A DNA stretch of 64,000 nt from an uncultured Dehalococcoidia bacterium (GCA_958295765.1 CATQHB010000002.1:2032091-2096090); one strand, 5' to 3'. Positions 9,865-19,712 are shown, numbered from the stretch's first letter. Notes: a model not told the origin generated them from the letters alone. Translations and numbers: made by a program.

Positions 9865-10233
9865 TTGTCAGCCGACCGGATAATCTTGAAGGGAATGAGG
9901 TTCTACGGGTATCACGGGGTCAACCCGGAGGAAAAGGCCCTGGGGCAGTCCTACGTGGTTGACCTGGCCGCCGACATTGACCTGGCCCGGCCCGGCGCCT
10001 CTGACCGGCTGGAGGACACCGTTAGCTACACCTTGATGTACCGGATCGCCAAAGCGGTGATTGAGGGCGACTCCCGCAACCTGCTGGAGGCCCTGGCGCA
10101 AGACATAGCCGACCGGCTGCTGACCGAGTTGCCCCTGGCCGGGGTTCAGGTTCGGGTCAAGAAACCGGCCCCGCCGGTCAAGGGGTCGGCAATCCGGTAC
10201 GCCGCCGTAGAAATCTACCGCCGCCGTAGCTGA
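9865..10233 (+). CDS. folB: Dihydroneopterin aldolase
   Basis: 122 aa with ILKGMRFYGYHGVNPEEKALGQSYVVDL, typical of FolB. Confidence 0.85.
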   Translation: MSADRIILKGMRFYGYHGVNPEEKALGQSYVVDLAADIDLARPGASDRLEDTVSYTLMYRIAKAVIEGDSRNLLEALAQDIADRLLTELPLAGVQVRVKKPAPPVKGSAIRYAAVEIYRRRS

Positions 10234-10267
10234 AAACCGGCTTTCAATCCGTAAAAGGGAGTAAAAA

Positions 10268-12121
10268 ATGGGCATCCGCCGGCTGTTATTCCCGGTTCTG
10301 GCCGCACTGCTCCTGGCGGCTTGCTCCACTGCGCCCACGGCAACCCCGCCGGGCGGCGCCGATTCCCCGGTTTCCCCAACGGCGCCCACCGCCGGCGTTG
10401 TCGGGGAAACCGCGCCCGCCGCCGGCGGAATGTCCCCTACCGCCGGCCCGGACGCCGCAACCCGGCCGTCGCCCACCTTGTCCCCCCAAGTTGCGCCAAG
10501 CAGTAGCCCGACGCCGGCACCCACCGGAGAACCGGCGGCTACCCCTTCGCCCACCACTCAAGCCCCGGCAGAGGCGGCGCCCGCCCCAACAGAAGGGTCA
10601 ATAGCGTCAATACCCCAGGGCGGCCGGCTGATTCGGCTCTACTCCGACCCGCCTACCCTCGACCCGCACCTGACCACCGACGCCGGCTCGGCCGGCATCA
10701 TCGTTGAGGTGTTCGGCGGGCTGGTAACCATTGCCCCGGACTTGAGCGTAGTCCCGGATTTGGCGGAAAGCTGGGAACTCAGCCCGGACGGGCGCACCTA
10801 TACCTTCCACCTGCGGCCCGGCGCCCGGTTCCACGACGGCAAGCCGGTTACCGCTGAGAACGTGCGCTGGTCGCTGGAGCGGGCCACCGATCCGGCAACC
10901 CAGGCCCCGGTGGCGCAGCAGTACCTGGGGGACATCGTGGGCGTAACCGCCAAACTGGACGGAGCGGCCCAATCCATCCAGGGAGTGCGGGTCATTGATG
11001 ACCAAACCCTGGCAATCACCATTGACGCCCCCAAGTCCTATTTCCTCGCCAAGCTGACCTATCCCACCGCCTTTGTCCTCGACCGGGATAACGTGGCCGG
11101 CAGCGACGGGGAGAACTGGCTGGATCAGCCCAACGGCACCGGCCCTTTCCGCCTGGCCCAATATGACCTGGGGGAGACCATCCGGCTGACCCGCAACGAA
11201 AGCTATCACCTGGGGCCGCCCCATTTGGCTGAGGTGGAGTTTATCCTCAGTGGCGGCAACCGGATGATAATGTACGAGAACGATGAGATACACCTTACCG
11301 GGGTGGGCCTGGCCGACCTGGAACGGCTGCGCGACCCTTCCGATTCGCTGAACCCGGAACTGCACCAGTCGCCGCCGGATTTCTCCGTTTTCTATATCGG
11401 CCTGAACGTCAACGAGCCGCCGCTGGATGACCCCAAGGTGCGCCGGGCGTTGAACCTGGCCTTTGACCGGCAGACCATCGCCACCACGGTGTACCAGGAT
11501 TTGGTGAACCCGGCCAAAGGCATCCTGCCGCCCGGCTTTCCGGGGCATAATCCCGACCGGCCCGGCTATGAGTTCGACCCGGAAAAGGCGCGGCAGTTGT
11601 TGGCGGAATCCAGCTACGCCGGCCAACTGGATAGCCTGCCGCCGCTTACCCTGTCCATTCCCGGCAGCTTTGGCGCCGCCCTGCCCCTGTACCTGGAGGT
11701 GGTGATTCAGGAGTGGGCCAACCTGGGCCTGCGGGTGGAAATCCAGCAGACCGAGTACGCCACCTTTATCCAGGACTTGCACGACCGGCGGTTTCAGATG
11801 TTCGACTTTGGCTGGATTGCCGACTACCCCGACCCGCAGAATTTCCTGGACATTCTGTTCCACAGCGAGAGCCAGAACAACCATACCAACTACTCTAACC
11901 CGGTGGTGGACGATTTGCTGGAACAGGCGCGGGTAGAGCCGGACCAGGCCGCCCGGTTGCAAATGTACCAACGGGTTGAGGCGATGATCCTGGAGGATGC
12001 GCCCTGGGTGCCTACCTGGAATCGGGGAGAGGGTTACGCCCTGATTAAGCCCAACGTCAAGGGCTACCTGCTCACCCCCCTGGTGCTGCCCAAGCTGCGC
12101 TACGTTTACTTTACCGAATAG
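10268..12121 (+). CDS. ABC transporter substrate-binding lipoprotein, family 5 (DppA/OppA/NikA-like)
   Basis: Lipobox LLLAAC, a ~100-aa Pro/Ala/Thr linker, then a family-5 SBP body (LVTIAPDLSVVPDLAESWE, GTGPFRL). Confidence 0.85.
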   Translation: MGIRRLLFPVLAALLLAACSTAPTATPPGGADSPVSPTAPTAGVVGETAPAAGGMSPTAGPDAATRPSPTLSPQVAPSSSPTPAPTGEPAATPSPTTQAPAEAAPAPTEGSIASIPQGGRLIRLYSDPPTLDPHLTTDAGSAGIIVEVFGGLVTIAPDLSVVPDLAESWELSPDGRTYTFHLRPGARFHDGKPVTAENVRWSLERATDPATQAPVAQQYLGDIVGVTAKLDGAAQSIQGVRVIDDQTLAITIDAPKSYFLAKLTYPTAFVLDRDNVAGSDGENWLDQPNGTGPFRLAQYDLGETIRLTRNESYHLGPPHLAEVEFILSGGNRMIMYENDEIHLTGVGLADLERLRDPSDSLNPELHQSPPDFSVFYIGLNVNEPPLDDPKVRRALNLAFDRQTIATTVYQDLVNPAKGILPPGFPGHNPDRPGYEFDPEKARQLLAESSYAGQLDSLPPLTLSIPGSFGAALPLYLEVVIQEWANLGLRVEIQQTEYATFIQDLHDRRFQMFDFGWIADYPDPQNFLDILFHSESQNNHTNYSNPVVDDLLEQARVEPDQAARLQMYQRVEAMILEDAPWVPTWNRGEGYALIKPNVKGYLLTPLVLPKLRYVYFTE

Positions 12122-12188
12122 AACGCCCTCGCGCCGGCCCGTTCCCGGAAGGAGTGAGGCCGGGAGTGAGGGATAGAGAGGAACCTTG

Positions 12189-13808
12189 ATGCGGAATAAT
12201 GACATTGCGGCGGCTCGGGACTACCATGAGTCCACCAAGCTGGCCTATATCAACCTGGCGAACAAGCCGCCCCTATACAAGACTTATTCCGGGCTACCCA
12301 CCCAGCCCCTGCCGGACGACTTTCCCTTGCCCGATGCCCCAACCCTGGCGGCGGTAAGCGCCTTTGCGACCCCCGACTTTGCGCCCGGCGGGGAGGCCGG
12401 CGGGGGCCCCGAACCCGGATTGCCCACCCTGGCCCAATTGCTCTACTTTTCCGCCGGGGTAATCCGAACCGGGATGTTTCGGCTGGCGGGGGAAGTCCAC
12501 TTCCGGGCGGCGGCCTCGGCCGGCGGGTTGTACCCGGTGGAGACTTACCTGGCCTGCCGGGACCTGCCCGGATTGGCGGCGGGGGTTTATCACTTTTCCC
12601 CGGATACTTTCAGCCTGACCCAACTGCGCCGGGGCGACTACCGGGCCGAGTTGGCCGCTGCCGCCGGCGCCAATTCCTCAATCGCCGCCGCTCCGTTGAC
12701 CATCATTTTCACCACCGTTTTCTGGCGCAGTTCGTGGAAATACCGGACCCGGGGTTACCGCTACTGTTTCTGGGACAACGGCACCGTAGCCGCCAACCTG
12801 CTGGCCGCCGCCGCCGCCGCCGGCCTGCCGGCTCAGGTGGTCAACGCCTTCCTGGACCAACCGGTCAACGAACTGGTGGGGATTGACGGAGTGGGGGAGG
12901 CCGCCACCTGCCTGGTTCCCATCGGTCAAGTTGGGCCGGCGGCCAACGCCGGCACTCCGGCATCCGGCGCCACTGGACTGGAACCGATAGGGGGAACCTC
13001 GGTAATTACGGCGCCGGGGGAGATTGACTACCCGGAAATGCGGCAGATGCACGCCGCTACGCTCTTGACCGACTTAGCGGAGATAGCCGGCTGCCGAGGC
13101 GGGCTGGCGGCGCCGGTTCCGGCAACCCCCGGCGCGTTTTATCCGCTACGGGATGCTGGCGACGGCAGCAACCCGGCAACCTCCGCTCCTTTGGGCCAGA
13201 CCATCAAGGAACGCGGCTCTACCCGCCGGTTTGACCGCGTATCCATACCATTTACCAGCTTGAGCGCAATTTTAGACGGTTCCACCCAGGGGGTGCCGGC
13301 CGATTTCCTGAACGGCCCCGGCGACAGCCTGCTCAGTCTCTACCTAATCGCCAACGCCGTGGACGACCTGCCCCCCGGCGCTTATTACTTTTCTCCACAG
13401 GAAAAGGGCCTGGCCCAACTGAAAGCGGGGGCCTTCCGGGAGGAGGCCGGGCATCTGGGCTTTGAGCAGGCTTTACCCGCCGATGCCGCGGCGGTGGTGT
13501 TTTTTATGGCCGACCTGGACTTGATTTTGCAACGCTACGGCAACCGGGGCTACCGGGCGGCCCAACTGGAGGCCGGAATTGTCGGCGGCAAGCTGTACCT
13601 CAGCGCCCATTCCCTGGGCCTGGGGGCCAGCGGATTGACCTTCTATGATGATGAGGTAACCGACTTTTTCTCCCCCCACGCCGCCGGCAAAAGCACGATG
13701 TTCGTAGTGCCGTTGGGCGTAACCGCCGAGCGGAACCGGGTACGCCCCTTCCGCTCCCGAATCGCCATGAACCTGGATGCCCGCTCCCGGGGCGCGCGGC
13801 GGGGGTAA
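12189..13808 (+). CDS. SagB/ThcOx-type dehydrogenase (double nitroreductase-fold)
   Basis: N-terminal YHESTKL motif. Two nitroreductase-like halves; the second begins near RGSTRRF. Confidence 0.65.
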   Translation: MRNNDIAAARDYHESTKLAYINLANKPPLYKTYSGLPTQPLPDDFPLPDAPTLAAVSAFATPDFAPGGEAGGGPEPGLPTLAQLLYFSAGVIRTGMFRLAGEVHFRAAASAGGLYPVETYLACRDLPGLAAGVYHFSPDTFSLTQLRRGDYRAELAAAAGANSSIAAAPLTIIFTTVFWRSSWKYRTRGYRYCFWDNGTVAANLLAAAAAAGLPAQVVNAFLDQPVNELVGIDGVGEAATCLVPIGQVGPAANAGTPASGATGLEPIGGTSVITAPGEIDYPEMRQMHAATLLTDLAEIAGCRGGLAAPVPATPGAFYPLRDAGDGSNPATSAPLGQTIKERGSTRRFDRVSIPFTSLSAILDGSTQGVPADFLNGPGDSLLSLYLIANAVDDLPPGAYYFSPQEKGLAQLKAGAFREEAGHLGFEQALPADAAAVVFFMADLDLILQRYGNRGYRAAQLEAGIVGGKLYLSAHSLGLGASGLTFYDDEVTDFFSPHAAGKSTMFVVPLGVTAERNRVRPFRSRIAMNLDARSRGARRG

Positions 13809-13890
13809 GGGTGGTTCGACAGGCTCACCATGAGCGGATATTGTTATTGGCGCAGACTTGGCACTGGCCCCGACCCCATCCCCCGCCCGG

Positions 13891-13920
13891 TTGACATTGG
13901 AAAGGGCATTAGTATATATT
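13891..13920 (+). promoter_or_regulatory. Sigma70-type promoter for the ATPase pair
   Basis: TTGACA (13891-13896), an 18-nt spacer, then TATATT (13915-13920). It sits in an AT-rich patch ~125 nt upstream of the 14048 start. Confidence 0.5.
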
Positions 13921-14047
13921 CCTGTCTAGCTGAAATTGTCATTTTCCGATTAGTCAGTTCTTATCAGCCCGAACCGGCGCCGGCGGCTCGGCAAAGCTCC
14001 GGCTTGATTAAAGAGCCGTCCCTACATTGGCTTAAAGGATTATTGCT

Positions 14048-15037
14048 ATGAGTGTTGACACCAGCAACGTTATCCTGGAAGTTGAAGACCTCCAAACCTA
14101 TTTTTTCAATCGCGATTCAATAGTCAAAGCGGTGGACGGGGTCAGCTTCTTCCTGCGCCAGGGGGAAACCCTGGGCATTGTGGGGGAGTCGGGCTGCGGC
14201 AAGACGATGACCGCCCTTTCCCTGTTGCGCCTGGTGCCGCCGCCGGCCGGCCGGATTATCGGCGGCGCCATCCGGCTGAATGGCGATGACTTGCTGCAAA
14301 AGAGCGATGACGAAATGCGCCAGATTCGGGGGCGGCAAATCTCAATGATTCTGCAAGACCCCCAAACCTCCCTCAACCCGGTGTTCACCATTGGCAACCA
14401 GTTGATGGAAGCCCTGGGAATGGCCCGGCGGGAGGGCCGCAAGAATATGCTGACTCGGGCCGTTGACGCCCTGCGCAACGTGAACGTGGCGGCCCCGGAG
14501 CGGCGGCTGGAGGACTTTCCCCACCAGATGAGCGGCGGTATGAAACAGCGGGTGGTGGGCGCCATTGCCCTGTCCTGCGAGCCGGGCGTCATCATCGCCG
14601 ACGAGCCGACCACCGCCCTGGACGTTACCATTCAGTTGCAATACTTGAGACTCCTGAAGGACATCCAGGCCGAGACCGGCCTGGGTATCATTTTCATCAC
14701 CCACGATTTCGGCGTGGTCGCCCGGATGTGCGACCGGGTGGCGGTGATGTACGCCGGGCGCATCGTAGAGAACGGGCCGGTTCGGGACATATTCAACGCC
14801 CCCTCTCACCCTTACACCCGGGCCCTGATTGACTCGGTGCCCAAGCTGGAGGAGCGCACCGACCGGCTGTATTCCATTGAAGGGCAGCCGCCGTTGCTGT
14901 CCAATCTGCCCGTCGGGTGCCGGTTTGCCGACCGCTGCGAACACGCCCGGGACCACTGCCTAGCCGAATACCCCAACTCCTTCACCGTTAAGGAGGGTCA
15001 TACTGCCGACTGCTGGAGGTTGGACGAGTCATGGTAG
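14048..15037 (+). CDS. Oligopeptide/dipeptide-type ABC transporter ATP-binding protein (DppD/OppD-like)
   Basis: Walker A GESGCGKT, signature MSGGMKQR, Walker B IIADEPTTALD, and the oligopeptide-type C-terminal extension PSHPYTRAL. Confidence 0.9.
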   Translation: MSVDTSNVILEVEDLQTYFFNRDSIVKAVDGVSFFLRQGETLGIVGESGCGKTMTALSLLRLVPPPAGRIIGGAIRLNGDDLLQKSDDEMRQIRGRQISMILQDPQTSLNPVFTIGNQLMEALGMARREGRKNMLTRAVDALRNVNVAAPERRLEDFPHQMSGGMKQRVVGAIALSCEPGVIIADEPTTALDVTIQLQYLRLLKDIQAETGLGIIFITHDFGVVARMCDRVAVMYAGRIVENGPVRDIFNAPSHPYTRALIDSVPKLEERTDRLYSIEGQPPLLSNLPVGCRFADRCEHARDHCLAEYPNSFTVKEGHTADCWRLDESW

Positions 15038-16008
15038 AAACTGGTCAAGCCCTCATTGAGGTAAAGGACCTGAAAAAATACTTCCCGGTTACCAAGGGCC
15101 TGATTCTGATGAAAACCATCGGATACGTTCAGGCCGTCGATGAAATCAGCTTTTCCATCAATCAGGGGGAAACGCTGGGACTGGTGGGAGAATCGGGCTG
15201 CGGCAAGACCACCACCAGCAAGCTGCTGCTCCGACTGGAAAAGCCCACTTCCGGCCAGATAATGCTGGACGGCAAGGACATCCAGAACTTCCGCGGCAAC
15301 GAGTTGCAGGACTACCGGACTACGGTGCAGGCGGTTTTCCAGGATCCCTGGTCATCCCTCAGCCCCCGGATGCGGGTGCGGGACATTATCGCCGAGCCGC
15401 TGGTGGTGAACCGCCAGGTAACCCAGCAGGAGAAACAGGAACGGGTGGGCGAGGTGATGAGCCAGGTGGGGCTGCACGCCGAGCAGGCCACCAACTACCC
15501 CCACGAGTTCAGCGGCGGCCAGCGGCAGCGGATTGCCGTAGCCAGCGCCCTGGCCTCCTTCCCCAAGATGATTGTCCTGGATGAGCCGGTCTCCGCCCTG
15601 GACGTATCCATCCGCGCCCAGATAATGAACCTGCTGGTCGATTTGCAGGGCCAGTATAACGTCAGCTACCTGCTGATTGCCCACAACCTGGCGACCGTGC
15701 GCTATATGGCCCACCAGACCGCCGTAATGTACCTGGGGCAGATTGTAGAGTATGCGGAGACGGAGGAACTCTATCAGAACCCGCTCCACCCCTACACCAA
15801 GGCCCTGTTCTCGGCGGCCCTGCCCTCTCACCCGGACCTGGTACGGGAGGAGATAGTGCTGACCGGCGAAGTTCCTTCGCCCATCAACCCGCCCTCCGGC
15901 TGCCGGTTCCACCCCCGTTGCCCCTTCGCAATGGACAAGTGTTCGGAGGAGACGCCGGTGGACAAGGAAGTAGCCCCGGGCCACCGGGTTTCCTGCCACC
16001 TCTACTAG
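15031..16008 (+). CDS. Oligopeptide/dipeptide-type ABC transporter ATP-binding protein (DppF/OppF-like)
   Basis: GESGCGKTT, FSGGQRQR, VLDEPVSALD, PLHPYTKAL. It overlaps the previous gene by 7 nt. Confidence 0.9.
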   Translation: MVETGQALIEVKDLKKYFPVTKGLILMKTIGYVQAVDEISFSINQGETLGLVGESGCGKTTTSKLLLRLEKPTSGQIMLDGKDIQNFRGNELQDYRTTVQAVFQDPWSSLSPRMRVRDIIAEPLVVNRQVTQQEKQERVGEVMSQVGLHAEQATNYPHEFSGGQRQRIAVASALASFPKMIVLDEPVSALDVSIRAQIMNLLVDLQGQYNVSYLLIAHNLATVRYMAHQTAVMYLGQIVEYAETEELYQNPLHPYTKALFSAALPSHPDLVREEIVLTGEVPSPINPPSGCRFHPRCPFAMDKCSEETPVDKEVAPGHRVSCHLY

Positions 16009-16049
16009 GCCGGGGCCAAGCAGGCCCAACTTTACACCGGAAACTAAAA

Positions 16050-16080
16050 GGCCGGGGAAGTCATTCCCCGGCCCGTTTTC
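16050..16080. terminator. Bidirectional intrinsic terminator between convergent genes
   Basis: Perfect 10-bp stem GGCCGGGGAA / TTCCCCGGCC with loop GTCA. It is followed by CGTTTTC and preceded by an A-rich tract. Confidence 0.7.
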
Positions 16081-16108
16081 CGGTTGCCGATACTACTTGG
16101 AAAGCCGG

Positions 16109-16900
16109 TTACTCATCCCAGTCGGAATCGTCGCCGTCATTGCCGCCGTAGCTGCCCGACTCATCGTCGTCATCGTCCTCATCCAGTTCGCTCTCCTCCA
16201 GATACCGGAGCAGGTCGTTGTCCAGATAGATTCGGCGCTCCCCCTTGCCGCTGGTGGGGAAGGAGCAGATGTTGTGCAGGCTGGGGTGGCGATAGGTTTC
16301 CCGGATAGTTATGGATATGCCCCAATCGTTGACCCCGATAACGGCGGCCTCGTAACGGTTGCCGCCGTCAATGAGCCGCAGCAGGCGGCGGGCCAGCTTG
16401 GGTTCCACCTGGCCCAGGTATTCGTCGTCGCGCACATAGACCCGAATCGCCTGCTTTTCCACCACCAGGTTGGCCGGCTCTCCCGGGGCGACGCTGGCTA
16501 ACACCCGGGGCGCCGCCGGCTTTTGCAGCACCGTAGTGCCGGACTTGCCGCTCTCGGCGATAAACAGCCGGGGGACGCTCCCGGTCTTTCGGACCGGCTT
16601 GCCGCTGGCCGGAATGTCCTCCAACTGTTCCAGGCGGGTCAGGTTCTTTTTGGCGATGGTGTTGTAGGGGGCCTTCAGCACCACCTCGGCCAACACCTCC
16701 CGCGCCCGGCCGTATTCGTTAAGCTCCATAAAAGCCTTACCCAGCCGGTTCATCGCATCGACATCGTCGGAAAAGAGGGCCAGAATGGCCTGGTTCACTT
16801 CCGCGGCCCGCTGCCATTCCCCCTTTAAGGCCAGGGAAATGGCTTCCTTACTCCAATCCCGTCTCAGTCTGGATTTGTCCTCGGTCCTGGTCATCTCCAT
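16109..16900 (-). CDS. TPR-repeat protein with acidic C-terminal tail
   Basis: N-terminal TPR-like helices (AMNRLGKAFMELNEYGRAREVL). The central IRVYVRDDEYLGQVEPKLARRLLRLIDGG segment looks HIRAN-like (weak inference). The tail is EESELDEDDDDDESG...DDSDWDE. Confidence 0.55.
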   Translation of the reverse strand: MEMTRTEDKSRLRRDWSKEAISLALKGEWQRAAEVNQAILALFSDDVDAMNRLGKAFMELNEYGRAREVLAEVVLKAPYNTIAKKNLTRLEQLEDIPASGKPVRKTGSVPRLFIAESGKSGTTVLQKPAAPRVLASVAPGEPANLVVEKQAIRVYVRDDEYLGQVEPKLARRLLRLIDGGNRYEAAVIGVNDWGISITIRETYRHPSLHNICSFPTSGKGERRIYLDNDLLRYLEESELDEDDDDDESGSYGGNDGDDSDWDE

Positions 16901-17136
16901 CTCAGTTTGTCTCCAAAAAATTAAGAATAGTGCGAATAATGATTGCCCCGGTGGTCAACCCGAGATTACCCGGTAAAGAAAACCACCATATAGTAGTTAC
17001 ACTACCGGCCAACATCCGGTCAAGTCCATTTTGGGCATTTATTTAAGAATATACTGAAAATAAGTAAATAACTATAGCCGGGGTAAAAGCCGTTTATGGT
17101 AAGCGGGAAAATCAACCGGCCCCACTCCGCTAAAGT

Positions 17137-17255
17137 CCGCTCATGGTGAGCCTGTCGAACCACGCCACCCTATCCTGCAAGACATCCTTCGACAAGCTCA
17201 GGATGAGCGGGGCAGTCAACCCAAAAGTCCGCTCATGGTGAGCCTGTCGAACCAC
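17137..17255. repeat. Family A repeats (one hairpin plus an extra arm)
   Basis: CCGCTCATGGTGAGCCTGTCGAACCAC ... CCTTCGACAAGCTCAGGATGAGCGG, then a second CCGCTCATGGTGAGCCTGTCGAACCAC that overlaps the 3' end of the GT2 gene. Confidence 0.9.
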
Positions 17256-18003
17256 GCCACCGCCAGCGAATTTTTACCACCTCCCAGGCCATACCCAGCG
17301 AATCCTGAAAGAGGCGCACCTTGCTGCCCTCCCGGTAATACCAGTCGATGCCCACCTCCCGGACCGTCAGACCCATCCGGCGGGCCAGGTACAGCACCTC
17401 CACGTCAAAAGCGAACCCGTCCACCCGTTGCCGCTCAAACAAGTCCGCCGCAATCGCGCCCCGGAAACACTTGAACCCGCATTGCGTATCCGGGATGCCG
17501 GGCAGGGCCAGGGCTTGAATCAGCGCATTAAAGAACCGGCCCATCAGGTGGCGGTGGCCCGGCTCGCCGATGCGCCGGGAGTCGGCCAGTTCCCGGGAAC
17601 CCACCACAATATCCGCTCCCTCAACCTGCGGCGGCAGAAACCGCTCCACCTGCTCAATGGGCATAGACAGGTCGGCGTCGCAGAGGAACCGGTACTCGCC
17701 GGCGGCGGCCAGCATCCCCTGTTTTACCGCCCCGCCCTTGCCCCGGTGGGCCAGGGACAGCAGACGGATTTCCGGCTGTCCGGCGGCAAAGGCGGCGACC
17801 AGCCGGGCCGTAGCGTCAATGCTGCCATCATCGGCTACCACGATTTCCCAGGAGAAATTGCGCCCCTTCAGGAAGGCGGCAACCTGCTCCAGGGTAGCGT
17901 GAATCCGGGCCTCTTCGTTGAACGCCGGAATGACGACGGATAGAAAGGGCTGGGTCAAGGGGCCTCCGCGCTGAATAACGGGCCGGTGCACAGTCAACGC
18001 CAA
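17233..18003 (-). CDS. Family-2 glycosyltransferase (polyprenyl-phosphate sugar transferase-like)
   Basis: LSVVIPAFNEE, ADDGSID, CDADLS motifs. TTG start, so the exact start is uncertain. The last ~8 codons are encoded by a family A repeat arm. Confidence 0.8.
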   Translation of the reverse strand: MALTVHRPVIQRGGPLTQPFLSVVIPAFNEEARIHATLEQVAAFLKGRNFSWEIVVADDGSIDATARLVAAFAAGQPEIRLLSLAHRGKGGAVKQGMLAAAGEYRFLCDADLSMPIEQVERFLPPQVEGADIVVGSRELADSRRIGEPGHRHLMGRFFNALIQALALPGIPDTQCGFKCFRGAIAADLFERQRVDGFAFDVEVLYLARRMGLTVREVGIDWYYREGSKVRLFQDSLGMAWEVVKIRWRWRGSTGSP

Positions 18004-18161
18004 TAACTACACTTACGCACGGCGAGCCAACATCCGAGCACGGTGAGTCAACATCCGCTCATGGTGAGCTTGTCGAACCACGCCGCCCCATCCTGCGGGT
18101 ATCCTTCGACAGGCTCAGGATGAGCGGTAAGCGCAGGCATTGGCGCTGAATAACGGGGGAG

Positions 18162-19388
18162 TTATTCCTCCTCGTCAAGTTGGAAGCCCCGGTGCAGCAG
18201 GCGAACCGCATCGGCTACCTGCTCTTCCCGGATGATGCAGGAAATGCGAATCTCCGAGGTAGTTATCATATCAATGTTAATGCCACCCTCGGCCAGAATA
18301 CGGAACATCCGGGAGGCATAGCCTGGGGTGTTCTGCATCCCCGACCCGACGACGCTGACCGAGGCCAGGGTCGGGTCGCTGACCACCTCGGCGGCGCCCA
18401 GGGCCGCCAGGCCGGTCTCCACTTCCCGGATGGCCCGGGGCAGGTCGGAACGGGCGACGGTAAAGCTGATGTCGGTAGCGCGTTCTACGCTGGTGTTCTG
18501 CACAATGGTATCCACGCTGATGCCTACGGCGGCCAGCGGCTCGAACAGGGCGGCGGCCACGCCGGGCCGGTCCGGCACCGACCGCACGGTAATTTTCGCC
18601 ACGTTGGCCTGGTAGGCTATGCCGGTAACCTTAACCCGGTTTTCCATCCCTTCCATTTCCGCTACCTGATGAATCAGAGTTCCCGGCGCATCGCCGAAGC
18701 TGGAGGCCACGTAGATGGGCACCTGGTAGGCCGCCCCCAACTCGATAGAACGGGGGTGCATCTTGGCCCCGTAGCTGGCTAGTTCCAGCATTTCCTCATA
18801 GCCGACTTCGGCCAGCTTGCGCGCTTGGGGCGCCACCCGGGGGTCGGCGGTATAGATGCCGTCCACGTCAGTATATATGTCGCAGCGTTCCGCCTCCAGA
18901 GCCGCCGCCAGAGCCACGGCGGTGGTGTCGGAACCACCCCGGCCCAGGGTGGTGATGTCCAGGTCGTCGGTTATCCCCTGGAACCCGGCCACGATGACCA
19001 CCTTGCCCTCGGCCAGTTCGCTCCTGACCCGGGCCGGGTCAATCCGGTGGATGCGGGCCTTGCCATACATCGTATCGGTATGGATGCCGGCCTGGAAACC
19101 GCTGAGGGTAATGGCGTCATACCCCAGCCGGCGCAGGGCCATAGTCAGCAGGGCGCAGGATACCAACTCGCCGGTGGAAAGCAGCAGGTCCAGTTCCCGG
19201 GGATCCGGTTCCGGGGAGACGGTGCGGGCCAGGTCAATCAGGTCGTCGGTAGTATCCCCCATCGCCGAGGCCACCGCCACAATATCAGCCCCGCCGTCCT
19301 TGACCGCGCCAATCCGCCGGGCCACGTTCAGAATCTTCTCAGCGTCGGCCACCGAACTGCCACCGTATTTATGTACTACCAGCGCCAC
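18162..19388 (-). CDS. lysC: Aspartate kinase
   Basis: VVHKYGGSSV N-terminus, an amino-acid kinase fold and C-terminal ACT domains. GTG start. Confidence 0.92.
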   Translation of the reverse strand: MALVVHKYGGSSVADAEKILNVARRIGAVKDGGADIVAVASAMGDTTDDLIDLARTVSPEPDPRELDLLLSTGELVSCALLTMALRRLGYDAITLSGFQAGIHTDTMYGKARIHRIDPARVRSELAEGKVVIVAGFQGITDDLDITTLGRGGSDTTAVALAAALEAERCDIYTDVDGIYTADPRVAPQARKLAEVGYEEMLELASYGAKMHPRSIELGAAYQVPIYVASSFGDAPGTLIHQVAEMEGMENRVKVTGIAYQANVAKITVRSVPDRPGVAAALFEPLAAVGISVDTIVQNTSVERATDISFTVARSDLPRAIREVETGLAALGAAEVVSDPTLASVSVVGSGMQNTPGYASRMFRILAEGGINIDMITTSEIRISCIIREEQVADAVRLLHRGFQLDEEE

Positions 19389-19712
19389 GGTCTTGTTTAG
19401 CCTCTTTTAATCCAAGAATAGGCCCGAATATACCTTGATGAGTAATGCGGGATACACCGGTTTAACACGCCTAACCGCCCAACACGCCCAACCGCCCAAA
19501 CACCCTTAACCGCTCATGGTGAGCCTGTCGAACCACCCGTCCTTACATCCTTCGACAGGCTCAGGATGAGCGGGGTATTTGCCATTACGCCTATACCGCC
19601 CAACGCCTCTAACCGCTCATGGTGAGCCTGTCGAACCACCCGTTCATCCTTGCATCCTTTGACCGGATCAGGATGAGCGGGGCATTTGCACCAGAGAGAG
19701 AACGGAAATACC

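Noticed and set aside
12189-13808. TOMM/RiPP biosynthetic cluster around the SagB-like gene
   Set aside because: No YcaO or cyclodehydratase, no precursor-like small ORF and no protease or dedicated exporter is adjacent. The neighbours are generic peptide-type ABC parts.
19389-19510. Lysine riboswitch or other leader upstream of lysC
   Set aside because: Only ~120 nt are available before the repeats begin, and I could not see the L-box conserved helices. The segment has CCAAC(A)CGCC-like direct repeats instead. Not verifiable by eye.
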